The notes beneath the pieces are model-generated. The model saw only the letters and a program-made list of their open reading frames with translations. It ran no database searches and was not told the DNA's origin. From Proteromonas lacertae (lineage: Eukaryota), in NCBI GenBank assembly GCA_002245135.1, contig NGBS01000003.1, forward strand, positions 62,001 through 126,000: 64,000 nt of DNA, read 5' to 3'. A program made the translations under genes and the position numbers. Shown here piece after piece: positions 39,739-52,400 of this stretch (the first letter of the stretch is position 1; every line of letters starts with the position of its first letter).

Positions 39739-40699
39739 ATGATTGAAGCAATTAATCCATTTGGCGATCCAGTAATATTTAAAATAGTTCTATTAGGAGC
39801 TAAAGGTATGTTCTATTGTATTAATGAATAGCATTAAGACAAAAATGCATTCCATTCACAAATGCGACAGATTTCGAAAGTCGTAAGTTGTTTTACAATA
39901 CTTTTCATACTGGTGTATCCTATTTTCTAATTATATACTGAACATAGTTATTCACACACGCATTAGGTTTAGCAGCACCACAGATAAATGAAAACAGGCG
40001 ATTCTTCATAATGAGAGATTTAGGGTTAAGCAAAAACGAGCCTGATTCAAATGAACTAGAAGATGCTCCATTCGTGTTATGTTTGAATCCAAAGATTCTA
40101 TCAAAAAGCAATGAAATGGAAGGTGATTTTGAAGCATGCTTATCAATCCCAGAGTATATATATATAAGATACAAGTAATTAAAAATTCAATAGTATGATT
40201 GGTTTTGTTCCAAGGCATAAAGAAATAGAAGTAGAATATGAATCAATGAGAAGTGGTCAAAGAATAGTAAAAGTCAAACAACAATTAAAAGATATGGCTG
40301 CAAGAGTTTTTCAAGTATTTTTATAGAGATAATATGTTTTATGTTTCTATAGCATGAATATGATCATTTAGATGGAATATTATATCCAGATAGAATTAGG
40401 TATGAAGATCAATCATTATTTATGACTACCAAACAGTTTGAAGCATTCCAGGATTCTTTTGAAGCAATTACTAATAATGATGAGTTTAAAGCTATGATAA
40501 AGAAGTATATTTCATTAAATTTTTTATTAATAGGAAAGGAACTGATTATAAACAAGTTGAGAAGTTTGTAAAAGCGAATGAGTATTTAATTTCTCAAAAA
40601 GCTAATGAAATATCAAAAAATTTAAATCAATGGAATGAAGAGGAAGTAATGAAGTTTATTGAAGCAAATCAGAAGACTCAAGATACTTCCAACAAATAA
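39739..40699 (+). CDS. PDF: Peptide deformylase (missed by the ORF track)
   Basis: Five introns. Motifs GLAAPQI, EACLS, ARVFQHEYDHLDG, followed by a C-terminal extension. Confidence 0.92.
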
Positions 40700-40778
40700 T
40701 TAAAATAAAAATATTAATAATTAATAATTATTGTATGTAAATATAAATATATATAAGTCTATTATATATTGAATATTA

Positions 40779-41720
40779 TTACAATATATCTATGAAATAT
40801 AACTAATACTTATAAAAATACGATGTAATCCTCTTCTCTTTCTTACTCCATTCTTTGGTCTTTCTGTAGTTTTTCTTCTGATAGTTCCATCCACATCATC
40901 TTCTTCATATCCTGAATCATCCGAATCATAGTCAGCAGCTGGAGGTTTCTTACAACAAACGTAATAAATTGCAATGACAATAGTTAATACATGTATTATA
41001 AGTATAGCTATACATACATACAATACAGCATGAGTGTATTTATGAATTACATCTAATGCTCTTTGGTAAGCAGCTGCAGCTGAACTGACACATAATCCCT
41101 GCGTATTAACAACTAATAAGCAATGCTACATATACATATAAATAGATAGATAAATATACTGGACTTTGTAAGTCTGAAATTTCTTGACCGTTACAGCATG
41201 AAGCATAAAGTGTCTTTACAACAGTTACAAAACTATCTTCAACTTTCTTTAAGAAACTGAGCCTTATTCCTATATCAATACCAAAAAATGCTGATCCTGT
41301 AATGAAAAGAATAATTTCTCCAATTAGTATTACCACTAATACAACAAAATAACTATTTTAGTATATAAAAAATGCAAAATACATCACCATATATATTCTT
41401 GCTTTTGTACTCATCTTTCCTGCTCCATAATATTCTGCTACTCCATGATCACCAAAACATGTTCCTATAAGCAATATTACTCCCATAAGAATCAAAGCAA
41501 TCCAAACTCCTACATTAACCATGTCCTCATCTTCACTTGATATTCTGCTTGTCGCATACCACCCTAAAGCAGCTATTATTACCAATATAAGCCCAACAAA
41601 CTACAACTTCAAAAAATCAAAAAATACCATCATAATTCCATTAAAAAAACTCATGACACTCTCACAGCATTGTGTAATTCTGTTGCTCCTATCAACTATA
41701 TTAATAACTAACATATACAT
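40779..41720 (-). CDS. Tetraspanin-like 4-TM protein
   Basis: Four hydrophobic helices, CC in the large loop (YASCCNG), juxtamembrane Cys (YVCCKK), short introns. Confidence 0.6.
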
Positions 41721-41851
41721 GTTGTACAAACAATTTTTTCAATTAAGGCTTGACTTATTTCAAATCAAATAACACAAACATATTGCCCTTCTTTAGTAAA
41801 ATACAAAATAAAAATAAAAACCATTTATCTATGCTCTTAATCCATTTCTAC

Positions 41852-42754
41852 TTATTTTAATATTAAATTATAAAAATAATTATAAAATCCAAACGATAAT
41901 CCTGATCCAAGTGTAGATTTCGCTATTGTGATAGAGCATCCTCTATAAAATCTCATAAATCCTCCTTCTGCATATAAACACTTCAGTGAATCAACAATTT
42001 TAGGATGTTTTTTACTTGATATTAATTGCATATACTTCTTAATAGTGTCTAATGGATATAAACATACAGACGATATTAAACCACCTAATGTACCACCTAT
42101 TAATGAAGAAAATGCTGAATGTGATGTAAATAAACAATATAATTCAAAAATATAAAACTTTATTGCGGATGATGGAATAATTTCAATTAATGCTGGAGAT
42201 AAACCTCTAAACATCCCTAATAAGTGATATTGAGTATAAATTGATTTAAAATATGATAATAATGAATTATATTTCTATATTAATAATAAAAATTTAACTA
42301 TATAATAGAAATATACAATGCTTTTACCATAATTAGCAAAATAGCTTCTTGAAATATCAAATGGATAAGATACAACAGTAGCTATAATACCACTTATACT
42401 TCCATATATATAACTATTCCTTATTTCATTCTCCTTTTTATTTATTGACTGTAAATAGGAATATGATCCGAACTATTCATAATATGAAAATTCTATGAAT
42501 ACTTGAGCTGCATTGTATAATATCCACAACAATTCTGCTGATAAATTACCACCCCATAAATATCTTACTCCTTCTTTATTTATTATATCTATTACAGCCT
42601 TATAAACAGATTTTGAAGAATTCTTTACTTGAAATCTTATTTTTATTACATCAAATGGGGAAATAATTATTCTAGTTGCTGCTCCTGATAAAGCACCAGC
42701 AATTACTGGTATTGATTTTTTATTAATGCCATTCTTGATTTTTTTCACTTCCAT
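41852..42754 (-). CDS. SLC25A19: Mitochondrial carrier, thiamine-pyrophosphate carrier-like
   Basis: SPFDVIKIRFQ, LWGGNLSAELL, YPFDI, FRGLSPALIEIIP, YPLDTIKK. Confidence 0.75.
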
Positions 42755-42912
42755 TTTCCTTTGTATTACACTTTTTCAATCCAATTATTTTTGTTCCAAA
42801 TGTTTTATTATAAACATGCCCTTTAATACCAAAATTGTAGTTCTAAAATTATAGTCGTTTCATTTTATTTCTTTGTTGTTTTTATCAGTTAATAAGATAC
42901 TAATTTATATTT

Positions 42913-43980
42913 ATGAAGAATAATAATACTGTAGTAAAACATCCTCGAACAGGAATAAAAGATTATACAGCAGGCGTTGTATCATTGTTGTTATAGAGAT
43001 TTTGTTAGATGTCAGGGATAGTTGCTAGAATATTAGATTATCCACTAGATACAATCAAGGTTTTACAGCAAATTAATCCTGTATTTTAATAAATGTTAAT
43101 AGTTAGGGAGTCTATAAAGGAATAATCGATTGTGCTAAAATTACATACACAAAGTTTGGGATTAGGGGATTTTATAGAGTATATAATATAGGGTAGTTAT
43201 AGTTTAGGGAATTGCTTCTCCTATGATAAGTTCATCTTTAGAGAATTCTGCCCTTTTCGCTACATATGGATTTCTAAAACGAGTCCAAGGCTTAAATGCA
43301 AATGATACTAATTTAAAAATCCACAACGAAATAATATCAGCAGTTGGCGCATCAATTGTTACATCAACGATATTAACACCTTTTGAATTATTAAAATGCA
43401 GAATGCAAGTATGATAACAATCATATTTTATATATAATATTGAATAGATGTTGCAATCAGCAAGAGATCGAGGTGTTAAAGTAAAGTATTGATTGATTCT
43501 TTTAATATTTTTTGTTTTTTATATAGATATAAAGGAATATTTGATGTATTTATTAAAGTTTTAAAGAAAGAAGGGTTAAAAGGTTTATATCATGGTCATT
43601 TAGGTACTTTATTTAGAGAAATACCAGGAAATATTTGTTGGTTTGGATGTTATGAATTAACACCAAAAATATTTTTAAATCCAAATCAAACAAGAAGTGA
43701 TTTGAAAGTATGGCAAACAATGATTGGAGGAAGTTGTAGTGGGTTTTCATACTGGACTGTGTTTTTTCCAGCAGATACAGTGAAATCTCGAATTCAGACT
43801 GATGTTTTAGCAAAAAATAAATCATTTAAAGATGTATTTGTAATGATTTATAAGAATGAAGGAATTAAAGGATTATATAGAGGTTGGGGAATAACAGCAT
43901 TACGAGCTAGTTATTCTCATGCATTTGTGTTTGTTGTTTATTCAAAAGGAGTTGAATTATTTAATTATCTTGATCCTTAA
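42913..43980 (+). CDS. SLC25A15: Mitochondrial carrier, ornithine / basic amino-acid type
   Basis: YPLDTIKV, LENSALF, TPFELLKCRMQ, GHLGTLFREIPGNICWFGCYE, FPADTVKSRIQ. Confidence 0.75.
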
Positions 43981-44017
43981 TAAACATGTTAATATTGTAT
44001 ATAATCTGTATTTTTAT

Positions 44018-47000
44018 CTATTCAATATTTAAATAATTATTTGACAATTCTTTTCTTCCTTCTTCTGAAATTCCATCTAATTTGATTGTTTCAATTGATG
44101 AAAATGTTTGTAAGAATGATTCTAATTCTCTTTTATCTATATCCTCTTTTACTGTTATAGATAATTCATACAAACTTTCAAATGTTTCTTTTTTTTCTTT
44201 CATTAATCTTAATTCTTCTTCATTTACTTCATTTCCTAACAGATCAATCTTTTCTAATGGTTCATAATCTCTTAATCTATCTATAAGCATTTTTAATCCT
44301 TTTTCATTCATTCCAACATCTATTCAAGCATTAATACAAACTAAATATCTAATATACTAGACAGATTTAATGATGATCTATTACTATCATTATCGATTTT
44401 TATGAATCTATCTAAATACTTACATATTATCTCTATCCCTTCATCTCCAATTGGATTGTTGCATACTGATATATATCTATAATATTTTGGTAATGAATCA
44501 GTCAATTCCTTTAATCCTCTATCACTAATTCTATTGTTTGATAAATCAAGTCTTTCATATTTGATCTGTTTGATTAACGAAATATGAGAATCGTTGATAT
44601 TCATATCTATTTCATTATATAATAGATTTTATACTAGATAAATTACAATTGCGATTATATTTTTTTGTGCAATATCGTAAATAATATTTCAATTCTTCAT
44701 CATTCCACGATGAATTATTCATTACTACAGATACACAGTTATACTCTAATGATTTTTCACAAATTGCTTTTAATCCATCCATTCTTATATTATTTCCATT
44801 CAGATAAATTATATTCCAGTTATAATCATTGTCGATTACATTTGATAATATTTTTACACTTTCATCATCTATTGAAATTTTACTCAAACTATAATCACTT
44901 CCTAAAACGTCATACCTTAGCATATCTATATTATCCAATAATAATTTAAACCTTATATTACCTATTGGATTATCTATAAAGATAATTAAACATATGGAAC
45001 AATACTCTCAATCCATAATACACTAAAATTCTTCTTATTTTTCTTAACAAAATTCATCAAATATTCTATTCCTTCTGAATCAATGTTATTATCTCTTATA
45101 TCAAGACTGTAAAACTCTTCGCTGTTATTCTTTAAACCGTCAATAATATATTTTAATCCAATAGAAGATAATCCCATTTCTATTTATTTTATATTATGTT
45201 AATTATACTTGAGCAATCACCACGTAATAAATGCGCATACGGAGATAATATTTTCATTCCTTCATCTTCTATTTTATTTCCATTTAGTTGAAGATAATAT
45301 AGATTTGAAAATGAAGACAAATTGTTAATTAACATTTCTATACCTTTATATGTTAGTATATTATCTAGACATTAAAAAAATATAATATTTTACTTCCCAA
45401 ATATAAACATCTTATTTCTCGCAATTCATTTGATCTTATTGATATTAATGATTTGAAAAAATCATCATCAATTTCTAGATTATTCAGATTCAAATATTCA
45501 TTAAATTTGATTAAGTGTGGAATAGATTTGTCAATCAATAATTCTTTATTACTTCTATTAAAATCAAATACTATTCTTGAAATAGGAAATTTGGAGATTA
45601 ATGCTTTTAATCCTCTTGAATGAATATTTTTGTTTTTTGCAATATATATTTTTTGAAGATTTGGATATTTATATAACTCTTCTGATAATAATATCATTGA
45701 TTCGTCATTTAAACACATTCCGCTAAGATACAATATGCTATCTTTGTTGATTAATAATTGTAAATTCGGAAGTAACATTTTAAATCCTTTTACACCAATA
45801 GGATTATCTAATTAAGAATATAAATATGATATATACTTTCAAGATTTACAAATTTCAATTTCATTAATGGAATTGATTTCACAAATTCTTCAATAAAATG
45901 AAAAGTAAAACTGCAATTATATAAATTTAATTCTTGCAGATTTGCTAATTGACTAAAATATGATCCAAATAAAGATTGGCATTTGAGTGGAATATTGATA
46001 CCTATTATAAATGAAGTAATTACAACTATACTGAATGAAACTACTACTGGATTGATAAGTTTAATTATATTGAATACATAATTCATTCCTTCTTTACATA
46101 AACAAATACAATCTGACCGAATAATTATTATATTTTTAACATTAAATATCATTTCATCTAAAAAACATCCTTTTCCTTTTACACATTGGTGATGAATTTG
46201 AAATTTTAATGACTTTTCTATTCTATCTTTACCATAACGTTTGTTGAATAATTTCATCATCATTAATATTGATAATATTCTTTCATTTGGTTCGTTATTG
46301 TATGAATTGATTAAAACATCTCTAATCATTTCCCATTTATCATTGTGAATATAATACTTCAATTGAAAATCTGTAAATGGTGATATTTCTACAAAAAAGT
46401 CATTATTAAACACTACTTCTTTTCTATCTTTACATATCATATAATTTTTATGACTTTCTATCAATTCTCCACTCATTTTTATCATTTCTTTTCTCAACTC
46501 TTTTAAACCCAATCTATCTTTACTCTTCATTTTCAACATTCTGAATATCATTTCTTTCATCATATCATCACATTTTATATCAATACTGTATTTACAACTC
46601 TGGATATTATTCAAAGTTTTGGCTATATTATCATCTTTATTGAAAGGTAATTTCTTACTTATCATCTCATATAAAATACAACCTATTGACCAAATTACAC
46701 TTTTATCATCACATTCTAAGCCATTCAACTCTTCTGGGCTTTTGATGCATATATCATACAATTTCACATCTTCTTCTCTTCTCAGTTCATTCAAGAATAA
46801 ATCACATAACTTTATATCGTTATTAACTTCACATATTATGTTACTACTCTTAAAATTGTTTATCATTACATTATATTCACTCAATATAATCAATATATCA
46901 CATATTGAACACATTATACTACAAACATCATCACTTAATAAGGATTGACTCTGGATTATCTCTTCCAGATCTCTTTGATAGTAGTCTCTTGATATAATTA

Positions 47001-47296
47001 CATTTTCATTGTCATTATTCAATTGCAATACTTTAGATGGATATACAAAGGATGAACAATTCTCTAACAACAAAGACTGATCTTCATAGAATTCTAATAT
47101 ATTATTTTCATTTATTCCATTAATGTTAAATATTTTTATCATATTAATACTGCTCATATGGTATACAACCATATTTACTTCAAAAGTACTCTTTTCTATC
47201 CTTTCTTTTATCTATAAAAAATTAGATATACAAAAATACATGAAAATTTGATGGTAATAATGAGTATAATACATCATCTATTAAATAATTCAACAT
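44018..47296 (-). CDS. Pseudokinase-LRR protein, copy 2
   Basis: Same architecture and intron positions as copy 1. INNFKSSNI, CDLF. Confidence 0.85.
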
Positions 47297-47438
47297 TTAT
47301 TTTTTCTATGAAAATAGAGTCGTTACAAATTTATATTTTTCTTTATTATATATTGAATACTATCAAATCATTCTAACAAATTAATTTATTTATGTTTTTA
47401 GAATAATATTTTAGAAATTAAACACTATAATTACAAAA

Positions 47439-49390
47439 TTAAGTTTCTAATGTTATAGAGTTACTAATAAAGCCTACTAATCTATTCACCATTTTCGATA
47501 TATAATTAAGTTTACTATAACATTAAATAATTCATATATAAAGTGATTATACTGTGAATCTGCATAATCTATTAAAAACTCTTTCAATCTAATTAATAAT
47601 TCATGATCTAAACCGTTATTTAATATCTATATGATTATTACAATAACTATACTTCTCTTATTTTATTATATGCTAAATTTATCAACTCTTTCTCACTTAA
47701 ATAAAACCAATATTGCTCCAGAAATGTTTTTAATTGATTTAAATCGGTTAATTTCTTTGTTTTGATCTGATTTAAATCCTATTTTTAATAAGAATAGATA
47801 AGATATATATATACAGTTTCAAATTGTTTATATTTATCATCCAGTTTAGGCATTTTGTGTTTTTCTCCTGTTATTGATCTATTATTTTTCCTTTTTTCTC
47901 CTTTCTGAGATAAAGGAAATAAAAGTTCAGAATCAGATTTATCGTCATCTTCATCACTGTTATTACCTTCATTTTCCTTTGCTAATGACACATTCTTCAT
48001 TCTATTTATTTCTTCCTATTTGATAGTATATATTTAGTATTAATATACATAATGTTTGCACATGTCACACACATAAGATATATCATTAATATCACTATTT
48101 AATATACTTTCATCAAGACCAGAACAACTATAATGATATGCTATATATAATAACAATAATAAATAATATAAACACAATACGTAATGAGCAGTTATCGCAA
48201 TAAATAATATTTACCAATCCGTCAGTATAATCATCAGTATCAGGGTTAAACTGAAAACACTTACAACATCCAGCTTCAGATTCACTTAAATAATTTATTC
48301 TATCTTCTTTTTTACATCCACTTGCAAACTATATATATAATTTCAATAATATTTATTATACATAAGCTGCAGTATATGCTTCATTAAGACATGGATCATT
48401 CTTTATACTTTCCATTTTCTTTGAATTTGTCAATATATTGAATGGAAGTAATTGAGATGAATGTGCAATAACACTATTAGTATAAATAGTATATATATAT
48501 ATATATATATACAAAGAAGATTCGACATTATCATCATTAAAGTATCTTACAGGTATTTTATTATTGGACTTATCTTTTTGAAATTCTATTTGAACTTTTT
48601 CTGGACAATCTTTAACATCTACAATCAGACATGGCCAGTTACATTTTTCATACCACACCACTTCATATAATCTATCTTTATAACTCTCTTTATTCTTTGG
48701 AATCTTTCTAGGAGTGGTTAAATTCAATGATAATAATTCATTTTTTGCATTATTTTCTTTTATAGTTTGTGAATCTTTTGTATCAGGTAGTATAACAGGT
48801 AGAATAGGTGTTTTACTATTATTCTTGCTAGTTTTACTTGGTTTTCTCCTTTTGTATGGTCTCTTTGGTGATTTTGTTGTTGTTGTGTCTTCTGCTACTA
48901 CCATTGGAGATATACTTTTCCTTATCTTTTCTTTCTCATTAATATCAATTATTGGAAAATACTCATTCACTAGTTTTTTAGGATTTATTTGGTGAAAATT
49001 TTTGACTACTGGTAATATAGTATTACTAGAACTAACTTTTTCGAATATTTTTATGTTTATTTCTGGATTAACTTCTCGTAAGTCGATTTCATATTCAATT
49101 CCACTAGATAATTATTAAAAAAAAACATAATTTAATTATATTATACTATAGCTCAGTATATCCAAAATACCTCAACGCAACTGGGTGTTTATCTATGAGT
49201 CTATCAAATTTTTTCTGATTTTCTATATTTAAACATTCACGTGGAATAATGAGACAAGGTACTGCTTTTGGAATTGACCAAACTAAATTATATAACCTAA
49301 TTTATAAAATAATTCGGGGTACTTGATGTGCGGCGCTAACTCGCATGAATTTTTTGGCAAAGTCATTGACAGTTTTTCGATATAGTCCAT
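47439..49390 (-). CDS. Chromatin reader: two PWWP-like domains + PHD finger
   Basis: LYNLVW..PCLII..RYFG; LYEVVW..WPCLIV..VRYFND..LLPF; CCKC..IYCDNC..YHYSC..CDMC (C4HC3). The 3' end is approximate. Confidence 0.7.
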
Positions 49391-49481
49391 ATGTAACTCA
49401 AAATCTAAAAATTATAAAATCCGAAACGACATTATTTTTAAAACAAAAACAAAATCTTTTTGAACTACATAATTATTAATA

Positions 49482-52400
49482 TTATTCAGGTTCTAACCCG
49501 TCGTAAGGGCCTAGACCATATTTATTTAACAAAGTATCATCTGCTGGAGATCCACGACAAGGATCAGTCAACCATGAAGCTAAATCTAAATATCCTTTTG
49601 AAACAGCATAATGCAATGCAGTTTGTCCATTTTTATTTTGATGATTTAAATTAATTCCTTTATTCCACAGCAACTGAGAACATAATAGTGAACCATATTG
49701 AGCTGCGTAATGAATCAATGTATTTCCTGCTTCATCACTTTTATTAATATGCCATCCTTGTGCAAATACTTCTCTGGTATACTTTGTACCAAAATCAGGA
49801 ATATACTGCATATCAATAGTCTTAGGATCAAATTTCTTATCAGGCAAACAGGACAATGCTTCTTTCAGTTTAGCACTCTTACCAATTTGTATTAATTTCA
49901 CTAATTCATTAAATTTCAATGTTATATCATTATGATTCTTTGTATCTTGCTCTTGTTTCATTTGATCCTGCATTTGTGAATTCATTGTGGTTGATGAATT
50001 TCCTATTATTGTTGTATTCATTGGTAATTGTGCTCCTACTCCACCATTCATCATCATCATCATGTTATTAGTATTCATTCCATTATTATTATTGCTATTA
50101 TTACCTTGATTCATCATCATCATCATTTGTGGTTGTAACATATTCAACACTTCATTTTCTTCTTCTTTTCTCATTCTGGCTATTGTATTTAATATTTTCT
50201 TTCTGTGTAATGGATGTTTTATTCCCATTGTGTTTAATAGATCATATTCAGTAAGATCATATAGTAATAATCCATCTACAGAACTATCAGCAAATGCACT
50301 CTTGTATTGACCTAATGATATTTCATCTAGCCATTTACCTACATCATTTATTGACCAACTTCTTACATTTGGTTTTTCTGTTTTTGGTCTTTCACTTGTA
50401 GTAGTAGTTGTTGTTGATGATAAAGTAGGTTGTACTGATGGTGGTGATGATAATGATTGTTGTTGTGATTGATCTGTTGGTTGTTGTTGTTGTTGTTGTG
50501 TTGGTACAGTAGGAGGTCTTTTCGTTGTAGCAGCTGATTGTACTCTTGGTTGAGTATTTGTCGTTGTAGATGAAGTAGTAGGATTAATAGTCATTATTTG
50601 TGGAGGTTCATTAGATGGTGGATTTAATGTTGCACTATCTAATTCAGAAGTCAATAATCCATTTCCATGAATAGCTTTCATCATATTCATTGAACTTAAA
50701 TAAGTCATTGACATTGCCATAAACCCAAATTTCATCATAGCTTCAGATGTTTGAAGTAATTGATGACTTTGTTGTCTTTGTTCTGGATTTGCACCTCTAT
50801 ATTCTACTATTAATCTATCTGTATTACCATTACCTTGTGTTTGATAAGGATTATAATTACTTTTACCTGTACTTGGCCTGCTACTTAATACTCTACTGAT
50901 TGATTTTGCTGTTTTATTACCACGAAGTGTTAGTGTTTTTTGATTCTTTATTTGTTGTGTTTGTTTTTCTCTAATTGCTGATAATTGATTCTGTTGATCT
51001 TCTAAAAGTGCAACTAATTTCTTTTCTAATTCCTTTAATTCAGTTTCTTTCTCAGCTTTTGTTCTGTCTGTGATACTCAATTTATTTTGTAATACTTTTA
51101 ATTCTTCTCTCTTTTCATCTAATTCTCCTAATAAATTAGCAAATTCTTTATCTAATTTCAACTTCTCTTCTGCAATATTTGCCTTTGTATTTGTATCTAT
51201 TGCATCTTTACTCTCATTTTCAACATTATTTAACTCTAACAATTTGCTTTCTAAACTCTTTACATTTTCTTCAAATTCTTCAATATCTTTCAATATCTTA
51301 TTAATATCTTCTTCTGTTTTACTCTTTTCTTCTGTCAACAATGCAACTTCACTTTGTAACTTTGTAGCTTGTAGTTTATGTTCAATTAACATTTGTCTAC
51401 CAAATTCAATACCTTCATTCTGTGATTTTGTGAATAATAATTGCTCTCTTTCAGCTCTGAATTTCTTTCTTGACATATGACCTCTGTACACTCTCTGTAT
51501 AGTAACAGCACACAACTCTTTGAACTTCAAATAAGCTACAAACTTCCTTGCTAATCTTCCACGATATACTCTTTGAATTAATGTAACACAATCAATTCTA
51601 TGTTGCTTCATATTCCTCACATATCTTCTACCTAAATGTCCTCTAAATACACGTTGGATTACTATTGCACATTTATGATTCTTATCTAAACTTCGTGCTT
51701 TTGATCTTGCTAAGTATCCTCTCCACACTCTTTGTATTAAGAATGCCATTCGTACGATATCTTTCATTTGTTTGAATTTTCTTCTACCTAAATGACCTCT
51801 GAATACTCTTTGAATAATTAAACAACTATTCTGTTCTTTCATCTTCAAAACAGCTTTTCTACCTATATAACCACGATAATATCTTTGTATTGTAGTTGCT
51901 GCATAGTTTAATTGACTTAATTTCATTTCATTTCTTCTTATTCTCCATTCCATATATTCTCTAACTTCTGGCATATCAGATGGGTATATTTTATTACCAG
52001 GTTGTGGTGAATATACTTGGTTATCTCTTCTTTCAAAACCAGTTCTTGTTGGATCAAATGTCAATCTTGAATCATTCATATTCTTCTTTGATTTTGTTCT
52101 TCTTTTTGTTTTTGTATTATTTGACACTTCTAATGTATTTCCTGTATTTCTAGCTTGTATTTGATTGATTAAATCTTTCTGATATTGTTTCTGTCTTTCA
52201 ATTTCTTCTTTCTCTTCTAAATATTTCATTCTTTTCTCTTTTGTTACAGGATCTTCTTTTATATAACTCATTGAACTATCAGGTTTCTTTACTAATGTAT
52301 TACCATTGTTCTTTTTTACTGTTTTAACTGAATTTATAATTGTATTAATAACATGATCTTCATACAACTCATTTTTATTTTTCTTCTGTTTTTGTGAATA

